From: Dehalococcoidia bacterium
GTDB lineage: Bacteria > Chloroflexota > Dehalococcoidia > UBA2979
Assembly: GCA_020845735.1 (NCBI GenBank)
Contig: JADLFF010000017.1
Span: 8,704 to 72,703 of the forward strand
DNA: 64,000 bases
Direction of reading: 5' to 3'
Made by a program: the position numbers and the translations under genes. A model generated the notes under the pieces. The model had not been told where the DNA came from and searched no databases. It saw only the letters and a program-made list of their open reading frames with translations. Of this stretch, positions 1-9,915 are shown one piece after another. Position 1 is the stretch's first letter. Each line of letters begins with the position of its first letter.

Positions 1-37
1 TCCTCGAGGTCGACCGCTGACGGACGGGCCACGAGGC

Positions 38-1327
38 CTACCCGCCGACCATCGGCAGGACGTTCCCCACCTCGTTGACCACGGGTAGCGCCTGGATCTG
101 CCGGACCGCCGCCTCGAGCTTTCCGCCGGGCGTGGCGTGCGTCGTGATCACGAGCTCGGCCGTCCCTGCGTCGGGGTCCGTCTCGAACTGGATCACGGAG
201 GCGATCGAGATGTCCTGCTTGCCGAGGATCGTCGCGATCCGCGCCAGCACACCCGCCTGATCCGCGACCGTGACGCGCATGTAGAAGCGCGACGTGACCT
301 TCGAGGCCGGGCGCACGCGGACCCGCCGGTACGCGATGTTCTCCGCGGGTGGCCGCCCGGCCACCAGGTCCCGAGCCACGTCGAGGACATCGGCGAGGAC
401 GGCGCTGGCGGTGGGCATGGGCCCCGCGCCGGGCCCCTCGAAGAGCACACGCCCCACGAGGTCGCCCTCGACCTGCACCGCGTTGAGCACGCCATCGACG
501 CGCGCGAGCGGCTCGCTCAGGGCCACGAACGCGGGCTGCACCGTCGCGACGAGCTCGCCATCGATGAGCCGCCCGGAGGCCAGCAGCTTGATCGCGTAGC
601 CCAGCTCGCGCGCGTACCGGAAGTCGCGCGCGGTCAGCCCGGTGATGCCCGCGCGCATGACATCGGTGGGGGTGACATCGACGTGGAACGCCAGGCCGCA
701 CAGGATCGCGAGCTTGTACGAGGCGTCGATGCCCTCGACGTCCGCCGTCGGGTCGGGTTCCGCGTAGCCCAGCCGTTGCGCCTCGGCCAGCACGTCCGCG
801 TAGTCGCTGCCCTGTTGCGCCATGGCCGTGAGCATGAAGTTCGTCGTGCCGTTGATGATCGCGGTCACGCCGGTGATCTCGTTGGCGAGGAGATCGCGCG
901 ACAGCGGACTGATGATGGGAATGCCGCCCCCGACCGAGGCCTCGTAGAGGAGCCGCACCGAGTGCGCGCTGGCGCAGCGCAGCAGCTCGCCGCCGTGCTT
1001 GGCCATCACCTCTTTGTTCGCGGTCACAACGTGCCGCCCGGATTCGAGGGCGCGGCGAATGTGCTCGAAGGCTGGCTGTTCTCCACCCATCACCTCGACG
1101 ACGATGCGGACGGCGTCATCCTCGAGTACGACGTCGAGCGAGTCGGTGATCACCCGCCTCGCGAGGCCCGTGCGCTTTCGGGACGTGTCCCGCACGAGGA
1201 CGCGCCGCACCTCGAGGGGGCGCCCGACGCGCGCGGCGTAGCGGTCGGCCCCGCGCTCGAGTGCCTGGAGCACACCCCCACCGACGTTGCCCGCGCCAAG
1301 CAGTGCAATCCCGACTGGCTGCGTCAC
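38..1327 (-). CDS. hom: homoserine dehydrogenase (NAD-binding N-terminus GIALLGAGNVGG, C-terminal ACT domain)
   Basis: ORF 38..1396 translation matches Hom family throughout. Start moved to the GTG at V24, which sits in a GTGA overlap with the stop of the upstream PPIase gene and gives the typical N-terminus VTQPVGIALLGAGNVGG. Confidence 0.85.
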   Translation of the reverse strand: MTQPVGIALLGAGNVGGGVLQALERGADRYAARVGRPLEVRRVLVRDTSRKRTGLARRVITDSLDVVLEDDAVRIVVEVMGGEQPAFEHIRRALESGRHVVTANKEVMAKHGGELLRCASAHSVRLLYEASVGGGIPIISPLSRDLLANEITGVTAIINGTTNFMLTAMAQQGSDYADVLAEAQRLGYAEPDPTADVEGIDASYKLAILCGLAFHVDVTPTDVMRAGITGLTARDFRYARELGYAIKLLASGRLIDGELVATVQPAFVALSEPLARVDGVLNAVQVEGDLVGRVLFEGPGAGPMPTASAVLADVLDVARDLVAGRPPAENIAYRRVRVRPASKVTSRFYMRVTVADQAGVLARIATILGKQDISIASVIQFETDPDAGTAELVITTHATPGGKLEAAVRQIQALPVVNEVGNVLPMVGG

Positions 1328-2322
1328 TGCCGTGGGGCCGTCGTCTGCGACTCGAATGCCTTGCGCACGCGTTCCCCGACGTGATCGGAGATCCACTTCG
1401 ACTCATCGGGGGAGAGGTCCCTGGCGACGTTCACCGCGGACTCCTGCTCGCTCACCCAGTTGTCGACGCGGCGCTCGGCCAGCGTGGCCCGCTGCTCGTC
1501 CGAGAGCGGGCGCGCGGACTGGCTCTCGACGACCTTGTACACATCGAAGAAGAGCCCGCTCATCAAGGGCGCTGAGACGTCCCCGGCACCCAGCCCACCG
1601 AGCGCCTGCGTGGCCTCCGGAAGCAGGAGCTCGTCCGGGATCCAGCCCTGGTCCACCTGGATCGTCCGATCCGCGCCGTACTGCTCGCCCAGCCGAGTGA
1701 AGTCCTCGCCCGCCTTCGCGCGCTCAATCACGCGCTCGGCGTTCACGAGGCTCGGAGTACGCACCCGGAGGATGTGACGCTGGTCCACTGCTTCCGGGAG
1801 CTCGCCTCGGAAGCGGTCCGTGAGCCGCTCGACGAGCATGCGGCCCTTGAGGATCTCGCGGTACTGCTCGCGGTCGATCCCGGCGCGGTCGAGCACACCC
1901 TCGAGCGCCTCCGTGTACGCGTCGCCCTCGAGGTTGCCCAGCACCTCCCTGGCCCGCGCGTCGGCATCTGCGTCGCTGACCTCGCCGACGAGGGCCGGGG
2001 CAGCCTTCAGCACCACCGCATCGCGCACCAGGCGATCGACCCCGAGCTCAGCGAGGTCATCGATCTCGCGGTTGAAGGCACCGCCCTCGGAGACCATGAA
2101 GAAGGTGGCGCGGTCGACGGCATCGCCCGCGGTAACGGAGCGCCCGTCGATCGTCGCGACGGTCGCGCGCGGGGGCAGGTAGACGGTGAGGTACACACCA
2201 ACGAGGACGATGATCGCGACGGCGGCCAGCACACCGACCGTGCCCATGAGGATGGTGCGATCGCGACGGGCCTGGGCCTCTTCCTGGCGTCGCCGCAGCG
2301 CTGTCCGGCTCATCCCCGCCAA
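1324..2322 (-). CDS. membrane-anchored PpiC/parvulin-type peptidyl-prolyl cis-trans isomerase (SurA/PrsA-like)
   Basis: N-terminal TM helix (GTVGVLAAVAIIVLVGVYL). C-terminal parvulin signature QRHILRVRT...GGLGAGDVSAPLMSGLFFDVYKV. Confidence 0.6.
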   Translation of the reverse strand: MAGMSRTALRRRQEEAQARRDRTILMGTVGVLAAVAIIVLVGVYLTVYLPPRATVATIDGRSVTAGDAVDRATFFMVSEGGAFNREIDDLAELGVDRLVRDAVVLKAAPALVGEVSDADADARAREVLGNLEGDAYTEALEGVLDRAGIDREQYREILKGRMLVERLTDRFRGELPEAVDQRHILRVRTPSLVNAERVIERAKAGEDFTRLGEQYGADRTIQVDQGWIPDELLLPEATQALGGLGAGDVSAPLMSGLFFDVYKVVESQSARPLSDEQRATLAERRVDNWVSEQESAVNVARDLSPDESKWISDHVGERVRKAFESQTTAPRQ

Positions 2323-2391
2323 TGCGCCCTCGATCCCTTCAGCCCGACGCGTCCGCGCACATCCGTGGCGCGAGCATCGGGCGGGCCTCCG

Positions 2392-2745
2392 CTAGCGACG
2401 CCCGGAGAGCACGCCTGTCACTCGGATGTGCTCCGCGGTGAACGGCAGCAGCGCAATGTGCCGAGCGCGCTTGATCGCCTGGGCGACGACACGCTGGTGG
2501 CGCGCGCAGACGCCAGCCTTGCGCCGCGCCTCGATCTTGCCGCGGTCCCCGACGTAGCGGCGCAGCAGGTCGAGGTCCTTGTAGTCGACCTCGTTCACCT
2601 TGTCGATGCAGAACTCGCATCCGCGGCGTCGGAGGCCGCCACGACGAGGTCGCTCCGAGCGATCCCCGCGGTCGCGTCCGCCCTCGCCGCCCGGCTCATC
2701 GCCGGAGGGAGCCCCGTCTCGGAAGTCCTGCGTGTCCTGCACCAT
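2392..2745 (-). CDS. rpsR: 30S ribosomal protein S18
   Basis: CEFCIDKVNEVDYKDLDLLRRYVGDRGKIEARRKAGVCARHQRVVAQAIKRARHIALLPF is a canonical S18 core. The ORF-track start (GTG at 2793) lies 5 nt after the ssb stop with no RBS. The ATG at 2745 (M17) is preferred; 2793 remains possible. Confidence 0.75.
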   Translation of the reverse strand: MVQDTQDFRDGAPSGDEPGGEGGRDRGDRSERPRRGGLRRRGCEFCIDKVNEVDYKDLDLLRRYVGDRGKIEARRKAGVCARHQRVVAQAIKRARHIALLPFTAEHIRVTGVLSGRR

Positions 2746-2798
2746 CGTTCTCTCGATCCCTGCGAGGACACCACGCGTGTCCTCGATTGCCACCGGCC

Positions 2799-3224
2799 CT
2801 AGAAGGGCAGGTCATCCGGTTCGATGTCGCCCTCGGCGTCCGCACCGACGGGAAGCCCCGCCGAGTAGCGACCGCCGCCCCCTCCGCCACCACCGCCGTC
2901 GCGGCCGCCGAGGAACTTCACTTCCTGGGCGATCAACTCGGTGGTGTACCGCTTCTGGCCGTCCTGACCCTCCCACGAGCGGGTCTGCATGCGCCCCTCG
3001 ACGTAGACCAGGCGGCCCTTGCTGAGGTACTGGCTGCACGTCTCCGCGAGGCGGTTCCAGGTGACCACGCGGAACCACTCTGTCTCTTCGCGGCGCTCGC
3101 CGTCGGGACCCTGGAACTGGCGCGACGTGGCGACGTTGAAGGTCGTCACCGCGTTGCCATTCGCCGTGTATCGCATCTCGGGATCAGCGCCGAGGTGGCC
3201 GATCACCATCGCCTTGTTCAGCAT
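2799..3224 (-). CDS. ssb: single-stranded DNA-binding protein
   Basis: OB-fold SSB sequence MVIGHLGADPEMRYT..., Gly-rich linker (run of about 9 Gly) and C-terminal acidic DDLPF tail. AGGAG RBS 11 nt upstream of the ATG. Confidence 0.9.
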   Translation of the reverse strand: MLNKAMVIGHLGADPEMRYTANGNAVTTFNVATSRQFQGPDGERREETEWFRVVTWNRLAETCSQYLSKGRLVYVEGRMQTRSWEGQDGQKRYTTELIAQEVKFLGGRDGGGGGGGGGRYSAGLPVGADAEGDIEPDDLPF

Positions 3225-3274
3225 CGTCGTGCCACTCCTGCGCCGGTGCGCGGCGCATCGGGGAGAGTGTCGAG

Positions 3275-3808
3275 TTAGTCCGCGTCGGCCGGGGCAGGCT
3301 CGGCGGCCGCCTCGGCAGACGACTCGGTCGCGGGCTCCGGCGCGGCCTCTGCCGTCGCCTCGGGAGCTGCCTCCGCCACGGACTCCGAGGCCGCCGCTGC
3401 TACGGGAGCCTCGACTGGCGCCACGGGAGCCCTGAACTCGGCGCGCTCCGTCGGCACGGGGCGCGGCGCGAAGCGAGGGCGCTCGCTCGTGAACTCGGGC
3501 GGAGCCTCATCGCTGCCCATGATGCCACGAATCACCATGTGCCGGATCACGTCCTCCTGGATGTGCAGCGCTCGGTCGAGCGCGACCGCCGCTGCGGCGG
3601 GCATCCGGAGCCGGGCGATCACGTACGTGCCATCGAGGTTGTGCGCGATGGGGTACGCCATGCGTCGGCGCCCCCAGGTGCGGGAGCTCAGCACCTCGCC
3701 GCCACCGGACGTCACCTGCCCGGCGAGCCACGTGCCAAGCTGCTCGACCTCGGCGGGGCCGCGTCGAGGCGTGACGATGTAAATCAACTCGTATTCGTTC
3801 ATGTCCAT
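3275..3808 (-). CDS. rpsF: 30S ribosomal protein S6 with about 80-aa Ala/Pro/Glu-rich acidic C-terminal extension
   Basis: MDMNEYELIYIVTP...RLRMP core typical of S6. Start set at M104 of the ORF (ATG 3808, GAGGG-like RBS). The long N-terminal ORF extension is Arg/Pro-rich read-through. Confidence 0.85.
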   Translation of the reverse strand: MDMNEYELIYIVTPRRGPAEVEQLGTWLAGQVTSGGGEVLSSRTWGRRRMAYPIAHNLDGTYVIARLRMPAAAAVALDRALHIQEDVIRHMVIRGIMGSDEAPPEFTSERPRFAPRPVPTERAEFRAPVAPVEAPVAAAASESVAEAAPEATAEAAPEPATESSAEAAAEPAPADAD

Positions 3809-3879
3809 CCCTCGGGTATGGCCGCGCGCGCATCGAGGGCTCGAAGGCGCGACCGGGTTGGGATGCGCAGGAAGCTCCC

Positions 3880-3916
3880 GCGCCCAGAGAGTGTACGGGC
3901 CGCCCGTTGGACGGTA
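3880..3916 (-). promoter_or_regulatory. candidate sigma-70-like promoter for rpsF-ssb-rpsR (TTTACC-17nt-TACACT on minus strand)
   Basis: Read by eye in the 244-bp intergenic region upstream of rpsF. Nothing beyond the -35/-10 motif match supports it. Confidence 0.25.
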
Positions 3917-4003
3917 AACCGACAAGACCAGCGAGCCCGGCGGCGTAATCACCGGCCCGAGCACCCCCCGGCCACCCGAGGCACTCGCGGGAGCGGGGGA
4001 CGA

Positions 4004-4030
4004 CGAAGGCCCGGTCGCCCCGGGCCTTCG
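4004..4030 (-). terminator. 11-bp perfect hairpin (cgaaggcccgg-ggcga-ccgggccttcg) downstream of the acyl-CoA dehydrogenase gene
   Basis: Perfect inverted repeat immediately after the acd stop on the minus strand. The trailing sequence is only weakly U-rich, so this may be a terminator or a stability element. Confidence 0.3.
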
Positions 4031-4052
4031 CACTACCGTCGCTACGCCTCGA

Positions 4053-5270
4053 CTAGCCGCGGGGCAACCCGAGGCCGCGCGTGGCGATGATGTTGCGCTG
4101 GATCTCGGAGGTGCCACCGGCGATCGTCGACGGCACCGAGAGCACGTAGGAGCGCGTGAACTGCGCGTTCATCGGAGCGCGCTCGTCGTGCTCGTCCCAG
4201 ATGTTCGCGTGCAGGCCGAAGACCTTCGTGCCGGTCCGTGCGAGGCGCTGGCCCAGCTCGGACATGAACATCTTGGCGGTCGACGCCTCGTAGTTGGGGA
4301 TGATGCCCCGGTTCTGCATCGAGATGATGCGGAACGAGTACTGGAAGCCGACCTCGGTCTCGATGAAGTCCTCGGCGACCTCGTGTCGCAGCGAGTCGGA
4401 ATCATCGAGGCGCGACTTGGCCTTGCCGGCATCGGTCTTGGCGAACTCGATCAGCTTGTTGATCGTGCGTCGCGAGGCGATCGCGCCCGAGATGTTGGAG
4501 CGCTCGAAGTCGAGGAGCGACGCGCCGACGTACCAACCGCGGTTCTCCTCGCCGACCAGGTTCTTGGCCGGAACGTGGACATCCTCGAAGAACGTCTCGT
4601 TGAAGCCATGCTCCCAGCCCATGTTGATCAGCGGGCGAACCGTGATCCCGGGGCTCGTGCGGTCCATCATCAGGAAGGAGATGCCGCGGTGCTTGGGCGC
4701 CTCCGGGTCCGTGCGCATCATGCCGAACAGCCAGTCGGCGGTGTGCGCGCCCGAGGTCCAGATCTTCTGGCCGTTAATGATGTACTCGTCGCCGTCCTTG
4801 ACGGCGCGCGTCTGGAGCGATGCGAGGTCGGACCCCGAGCCCGGCTCGGAGTAGCCCTGGCACCACGCCACCTCGCCGGAGAGGATCTTCGGCAGGTGCT
4901 CGGCCTTCTGCTCCTCGGTGCCGTGGACGATCAGGGTGGGGCCGAACATCTGGACGCCCATGCCACCGACGCCCGGCGCTCCCGCGGTTGCCATCTCCTG
5001 GTTGAAGATGAACTGCTCCATCGGGCTCATGCCCGCGCCGCCGTACTCCTTCGGCCAGTGCGGCGCGACCCAGCCCTTCGAGGCCAGCGCGTTCGCCCAG
5101 TCGATGGCCGCCTGTCGCGCGACCGGGTCGTCCGACTTCCGGTCGACCTGCCAGCCGCCACGTTCGCCCTGCTCGCCCGACTTGCGGTAGCGCTCAGGGA
5201 GTCTGTCCTGGATCAGCGTCCGCACTTCGTTGCGGAACGCGGCCTGCTCAGGAGTGTCGTTCCAGTCCAT
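4053..5270 (-). CDS. acyl-CoA dehydrogenase
   Basis: Full-length ACAD family similarity (N-terminal, middle and C-terminal domains; YSEPGSGSDLASL, GQKIWTSGAH motifs). ATG start at 5270. Confidence 0.85.
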   Translation of the reverse strand: MDWNDTPEQAAFRNEVRTLIQDRLPERYRKSGEQGERGGWQVDRKSDDPVARQAAIDWANALASKGWVAPHWPKEYGGAGMSPMEQFIFNQEMATAGAPGVGGMGVQMFGPTLIVHGTEEQKAEHLPKILSGEVAWCQGYSEPGSGSDLASLQTRAVKDGDEYIINGQKIWTSGAHTADWLFGMMRTDPEAPKHRGISFLMMDRTSPGITVRPLINMGWEHGFNETFFEDVHVPAKNLVGEENRGWYVGASLLDFERSNISGAIASRRTINKLIEFAKTDAGKAKSRLDDSDSLRHEVAEDFIETEVGFQYSFRIISMQNRGIIPNYEASTAKMFMSELGQRLARTGTKVFGLHANIWDEHDERAPMNAQFTRSYVLSVPSTIAGGTSEIQRNIIATRGLGLPRG

Positions 5271-5542
5271 TCAGTCGCCTTCTCTTTCCGGCCCGCCGTC
5301 GGCTCTCAGGCGCAGCACGCAGCGCGGGCCTCGAGATAGGCCCGCGAACGCCGTCATCTTGAATGAACGCATGGAGGCCGTCAAGCTGCGGGGCCAGAAT
5401 CGAGGAGGTTCGCCGCGATCTCGCCCCTCGCGGCCCCCGAGCCGCCGCAGCGACGCCATGTGAAGCACCGATTCGCCCGCGACTCGGACGGCAAGGACTC
5501 GGACCGAGCGATCCTCACAGCGGTTGTAATGGGCCCCGGCGC

Positions 5543-6826
5543 CTACCTCCGAGGGGGCACGCCCGGCGCCGGGTGCGCCTCGCACAGCTCGAGCACCTCG
5601 TTGCGCAGGCGCCGCTCGACGTCGGCGTCACCCCGGGCGTCGAACGCCTCGAGGATGATCTCGCCGACGCGACGAATCTCGGCAGCCCCGAATCCCCGCG
5701 AGGTCAGCGCCGGCGTGCCGATCCGGATCCCCGAGGCCAGCGCCGGCGGCAACTCGTCGAAGGGGATCGCGTTCTTGTTCACCACCACGCCGCACCGCTC
5801 GAGGAGGTCGGCCGCCTCCTGCCCGTTGAGGTCCTTCGGACGCACGTCGACGAGTACGAGGTGGGTCTCGGTGCCGCCGCCCACCAGGCGCAGACCGCCG
5901 TCCGCGAGCGTCTCGGCGAGCGTCTTCGCGTTCTCCACGGTCTGCTGGGCGTACGCCTTGAACTGCGGCGTCGCCGCCTCCTTGAGCATCACCGCCTTGC
6001 CGGCAATCACGTGCATCAGCGGCCCACCCTGCGTGCCCGGGAAGACGCCGCGGTCCACCCGCCGCGCGAAGTTGGCGTCGCAGAGGACCATGCCACCTCG
6101 AGGTCCACGCAGGGTCTTGTGCGTCGAGGTGGTCACGACCTGGGCCAGCCCGGCCGGCGAGGGGTGCGCGCCCCCGGCCACCAGGCCCGAGATGTGCGCC
6201 ATGTCGGCCATGAGGGTTGCGCCCACCTCGTCCGCGATCTGGCGGGCGCGAGCGAAGTCGAACTGACGTGGGTAGGCCGTGGCGCCCACGACGATGATCT
6301 TCGGGCGGTGCTCTTTTGCCGTCGCGAGCATCGCGTCGTAGTTCAGCAGTTCCGTCTCGCGGTCGACGCCGTACGGCACGATGTCGTAGAGCTTGCCCGT
6401 CGCGTTGACCGACGCGCCGTGCGTGAGGTGTCCGCCCGCGGGCAGCTCCATCCCCATGAGGCGGTCACCGGGGCTGAGCACGCCCGTGTACACGGCCATG
6501 TTCGCCTGCGCCCCCGAGTGCGGCTGCACGTTCGCGTGCGCCATCCCGAAGAGCGCCGTGGCCCGGTCGATCGCCAGCTGCTCGACGATGTCCACGAACT
6601 CGTTGCCGTGGTAGTACCGCTTCCCCGGGTACCCCTCGGCGTACTTGTTCGTAAGCACCGTGCCGACGGCCTCGATCACCGCGGCGCTGGCGTAGTTCTC
6701 GCTCGCGATCATCTCGAGGACGGTGCGCTGGCGCTCCTCCTCGTTTGTAATCGCCGCAGCCACCTCGGGATCGACGGCTTCCAGCGCGGGCCGGAGGGAC
6801 TGGACATCGGTCGGCGCGTTCGCCAT
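5543..6826 (-). CDS. glyA: serine hydroxymethyltransferase
   Basis: Canonical SHMT sequence ([30 protein letters not shown]..., [14 protein letters not shown]-lysine region). ATG at 6826 with an AGAGAGG RBS preferred over the GTG at 6844. Confidence 0.9.
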   Translation of the reverse strand: MANAPTDVQSLRPALEAVDPEVAAAITNEEERQRTVLEMIASENYASAAVIEAVGTVLTNKYAEGYPGKRYYHGNEFVDIVEQLAIDRATALFGMAHANVQPHSGAQANMAVYTGVLSPGDRLMGMELPAGGHLTHGASVNATGKLYDIVPYGVDRETELLNYDAMLATAKEHRPKIIVVGATAYPRQFDFARARQIADEVGATLMADMAHISGLVAGGAHPSPAGLAQVVTTSTHKTLRGPRGGMVLCDANFARRVDRGVFPGTQGGPLMHVIAGKAVMLKEAATPQFKAYAQQTVENAKTLAETLADGGLRLVGGGTETHLVLVDVRPKDLNGQEAADLLERCGVVVNKNAIPFDELPPALASGIRIGTPALTSRGFGAAEIRRVGEIILEAFDARGDADVERRLRNEVLELCEAHPAPGVPPRR

Positions 6827-6908
6827 CGACGGACCTCTCTGCACGGGGCACCAGGAACGAGGAAGCTCGATCTTAAGTCGTGGATTCGAGATGCACGAGT
6901 GCGCGCGG

Positions 6909-8048
6909 CTAGACGGGGACGCTCGCAGCCCGGCGAACCCCGTCGCGCTGCTCCCACGCCCAGTCGTTGAGCAGCATCAGCCCGCCTGCCACGAGGGAGT
7001 GCCCGCCGAGCACCACCGGCACCGGCGCGGCGTTCGCAGCCTCGACGAGCGAGCGCAGACCCGCGTCCGTGATTTCCGAGGCGAGCCCGAGGTCCGCCGC
7101 GAACCGGTCCGCCCTCGATGGGTGCAGTCCCAGCTGGACCAGCGCGGGCCGGATATCGAGGAACGCGGCCCCACCGAGGTCGGGCAGCAGCTCCGAGAAG
7201 AAGCGCTGCGACCCCGCCTCGGCGAGCAGCATCCCCAGCAGCGAGCGCGCCGAGCCGTCCGTCTCGCGGCCGGCCGCGGACATGCCGCGCTCCTCGGCAA
7301 GCAGGCGCACACGGCAGGCCGTCTCCCGCTCGAGGTACTGCCAGGCCCGCGATGACACGCGCCCCGCCACCAGCACCTCGGCGTGGCGGTCAGTGAACAG
7401 GCGTGCCGCCTCGCCAAGCCGAGGGAGCACGGGGACATCGGCCAGCGCGCGCCGCAATCGAGGCCCGCCGCGACCGCTGAGCGCCAGCGCTGCGAGGTCG
7501 ACGGGCGTATCGAGGTTGGTCTGCGTGGCGAGCGAACGCGGGAGCTCCACGAACTCGATCCCGCACTCGTCACGCAGGCGCCGAGGAACGCCGTTGTCCT
7601 TCGTTGGACGCGGCGTCAGCTGCCCGAGCGCGGCCGCCGGCCGCACCCCGAACAGGTCCGCCGAGTAGAAGTTGTTGCTGACCCCTCGGGGGTCGGGAGT
7701 GTCGAGCGCCGCGGCGAGCGCCTCGAAGTCCGCCCCCGCGAGGAGCGGCGCGCTCCCCCCGCCGAGGTAGACAACAGCCGCAGCATCGCGCTCGCGAATC
7801 GCGTCCGCGAGGCGCGTGCCGAACTCGAAGGGTGCGCCCGGCGCGTCGACGTCCACCTCGATGGACGGGGGCACCTCGAGCACCGGCGGCCGGTCCGCGA
7901 TGAGGAGACCTCGCTCGTACGCACCGGTCGCGAGGGCGACCTCGAGGGCATCGAGCGCGCTCGCCTCGAGGGCGCTCCGCAGCTGCTCCTCGAGGCGCCC
8001 GCCGCTCATGCCGCCCAGCATGACGATGAGCCAGGGACGAGCGTTCAT
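6909..8048 (-). CDS. hypothetical protein, two internally similar alpha/beta domains (possibly nucleotidyltransferase-like)
   Basis: Long ORF with protein-like composition. Start placed at [13 protein letters not shown] (ATG near 8048), 30 nt downstream of the pfkB stop. No confident family assignment. Confidence 0.45.
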   Translation of the reverse strand: MNARPWLIVMLGGMSGGRLEEQLRSALEASALDALEVALATGAYERGLLIADRPPVLEVPPSIEVDVDAPGAPFEFGTRLADAIRERDAAAVVYLGGGSAPLLAGADFEALAAALDTPDPRGVSNNFYSADLFGVRPAAALGQLTPRPTKDNGVPRRLRDECGIEFVELPRSLATQTNLDTPVDLAALALSGRGGPRLRRALADVPVLPRLGEAARLFTDRHAEVLVAGRVSSRAWQYLERETACRVRLLAEERGMSAAGRETDGSARSLLGMLLAEAGSQRFFSELLPDLGGAAFLDIRPALVQLGLHPSRADRFAADLGLASEITDAGLRSLVEAANAAPVPVVLGGHSLVAGGLMLLNDWAWEQRDGVRRAASVPV

Positions 8049-8076
8049 CGGACCTCGATCCCGGGCGTCCGGAACG

Positions 8077-9036
8077 CTACGCGCGGACAGCGACGTGACG
8101 CGCCACGGGCTCGACCACGCCGTTGGGGAGGAGCTCGTTGACATCTCCCCGATGACAGAGCGCCGTCCCGGGGGCCATGCACACCGCAGCACCCACCGCC
8201 GAGGCGAGGCGAAGCGACTCCGCCCAGCCGCGCTCCTGCCGAAGTCCCAGCAGCAGCCCCGCGAGGAAGCCATCGCCTGCCCCGACCGCGGAGTCCACGG
8301 TGACGAGGGGTGGCATCGCGCGAAACTCGCCCTCTGGGGTCACCGCGACGGCGCCCTCGCCGCCACGCGTGATCACGGCGCTGTCGATGCCCATGCGCCG
8401 CACCGCGCGCGCGCCATCGAGGGCCTTCTCCTCGGAGCTGCAGTCGCGATGGAGCAGGCGACCGAGCTCGTGGTCGTTCATCTTGAGGATCGTGGGCTGC
8501 GCGCCAAGGGCGAACACCTGCTCTACGACCGGGCCATCCGCATCGAGGACGGACATGGCACCGAGCGCCTGCACGCGACCAAGCGCTTCCGCGTGGAAGG
8601 TGACCTCCATCCCCGGAGGCATCGAGCCGGCGAACACGAGGCAGGTGTCGCGCCGGATCCGTCGATGCAGGTGCCGGCTCAGGCGGTCGATCGCCTCGGG
8701 CGGCACGACGGGCCCGGGTGCCGCGAGCACCGTGCTCTGGTGCACGGAGCGGTCGAGGATATTGATGTTGGTACGCGTCTCGCCGGGGTAGGGGATGAAG
8801 TCGCAGCCGATGCCCTCGTCGGTGAGCTGCTCCTCGATCATCCCGCCGAAGCGTCCCGGAGCGAACCCCATCGCGAGGGGTTCGTAGCCCAGCTCCTTGA
8901 GCACGCGGGCCACGTTGACGCCCTTGCCGCCGATGTCGCGGCGGATGGCGACCACCCGATTCGTATCGGCGGTCACCAGCCGATCGACCTCGACCGTCTC
9001 ATCAACAGCGGGGTTGAGCGTGATAGTGATGATCAT
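8077..9036 (-). CDS. PfkB-family sugar kinase (1-phosphofructokinase / tagatose-6-phosphate kinase-like)
   Basis: MIITITLNPAVD...GGKGVNVA N-terminus and C-terminal DSAVGAGDGFLAGLL motif typical of FruK/LacC ribokinase-superfamily kinases. Confidence 0.75.
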   Translation of the reverse strand: MIITITLNPAVDETVEVDRLVTADTNRVVAIRRDIGGKGVNVARVLKELGYEPLAMGFAPGRFGGMIEEQLTDEGIGCDFIPYPGETRTNINILDRSVHQSTVLAAPGPVVPPEAIDRLSRHLHRRIRRDTCLVFAGSMPPGMEVTFHAEALGRVQALGAMSVLDADGPVVEQVFALGAQPTILKMNDHELGRLLHRDCSSEEKALDGARAVRRMGIDSAVITRGGEGAVAVTPEGEFRAMPPLVTVDSAVGAGDGFLAGLLLGLRQERGWAESLRLASAVGAAVCMAPGTALCHRGDVNELLPNGVVEPVARHVAVRA

Positions 9037-9148
9037 CTGGGACTGCCATCCCGCTGCGTTTTGCAGCGCCTCCAGGCCCCCGACACACCCGTTCGAGTCT
9101 AAGAAGTCGTCCTCGGACTGTCATCCATGGAATCACAAATGGAGGCCT

Positions 9149-9871
9149 TCAGTCCTCGATAGCGAGGGCGAGGGCAACGACTCGCCGCACACCGGCAGCG
9201 CGGAGCGCGGACGACACCGCCTCGAGCGTCGCACCGGTCGTGGTCACGTCATCCACGAGGAGCGCGCTGGCCGGCACGGCCGCCCCACCCCCCGCCCCAC
9301 CCTCGAGCGGCACGAACGCCCCCTCGACGTTCCGAGCCCGCTCCATCCTGCCGAGGGACGCCTGCACGCGCGTCCGTCGCGCCCGGCGTACGAGGTCGCC
9401 GCGAACGGGAACACCGAGGGCTCGGCCCACGTGAGAGGCGATCAGCGCACCCTGGTTGAACCCGCGCTCGCGCTCCCGCGAGGCGTGCAGCGGGACGGGC
9501 ACCACGCACTCCACCCCCCATTCGAGGGGTACCGCCTCGGCGGCCGCGAGCGAGAGCGGCTCGAAGAGGGCGCGGATACCGCGAAACTTCGCCTCGAGGA
9601 TCGCGCGACGGGCAATGCCCTCGAATCGGAACGCGGCGCGGCGCGCCACCAGCGCCGAGGGCGGAGCGACCTCGCAACGAGCGCAGGCGGACCGACCGGT
9701 GTCGACGGGCGCCCAGCAGCGGGAGCAGCGCGCGCCATCGGCGGCGGCCAGCCGACCGATGCACGCCGTGTGCAGCGCGTCGCCGAACGCCCCGCAGGCG
9801 ACGCAGCGCTGGGGGAGGAGCAGTTCCGCGAGCTCACGGACGAGCGTCGTCCACACGGGAGATGGGGGCAC
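9149..9871 (-). CDS. ComF-family protein (phosphoribosyltransferase domain with N-terminal Cys4 zinc finger)
   Basis: CVACGAFGD...CSRCWAP...CARC zinc ribbon plus C-terminal PRTase motif LLVDDVTTTGATL. Confidence 0.65.
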   Translation of the reverse strand: MPPSPVWTTLVRELAELLLPQRCVACGAFGDALHTACIGRLAAADGARCSRCWAPVDTGRSACARCEVAPPSALVARRAAFRFEGIARRAILEAKFRGIRALFEPLSLAAAEAVPLEWGVECVVPVPLHASRERERGFNQGALIASHVGRALGVPVRGDLVRRARRTRVQASLGRMERARNVEGAFVPLEGGAGGGAAVPASALLVDDVTTTGATLEAVSSALRAAGVRRVVALALAIED

Positions 9872-9915
9872 TGGCGTCCTCAGCGACCTCCGAGCAGCGG
9901 GAATATACTCGTCAG

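Noticed and set aside
137-1384. Large plus-strand ORFs antisense to well-supported minus-strand genes (137..1384; 4188..5339; 5363..6970; 14244..15875; 16103..17437; 18306..19670; 21937..23376; 26900..28200 region), plus the minus-strand ORF 59060..61057 opposite gyrB
   Set aside because: Their translations are Arg/Ala/Pro-rich with no domain signatures, and each lies opposite an ORF with clear homology. These are long antisense open frames, as expected in a 70% GC genome.
5271-5542. Possible regulatory RNA between glyA and the acyl-CoA dehydrogenase gene
   Set aside because: Only a short hairpin (cgggccu-aucucg-aggcccg) without a U-tract and no recognisable riboswitch consensus.
8041-8080. 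Coordinate inconsistency between manual indexing and the ORF track
   Set aside because: My hand count and the ORF-track coordinates disagree by 1 nt at this locus (both the pfkB stop and the hypothetical-protein start), and I cannot locate the cause. This is a numbering issue, not a biological feature. All CDS coordinates are anchored to the ORF-track arithmetic; small manually found ORFs may be off by 1-2 nt.
9037-9148. Lower-GC spacer between pfkB and comF with a small hairpin (gctgc-aaaac-gcagc)
   Set aside because: No U-tract or conserved motif; probably just a promoter-containing spacer.
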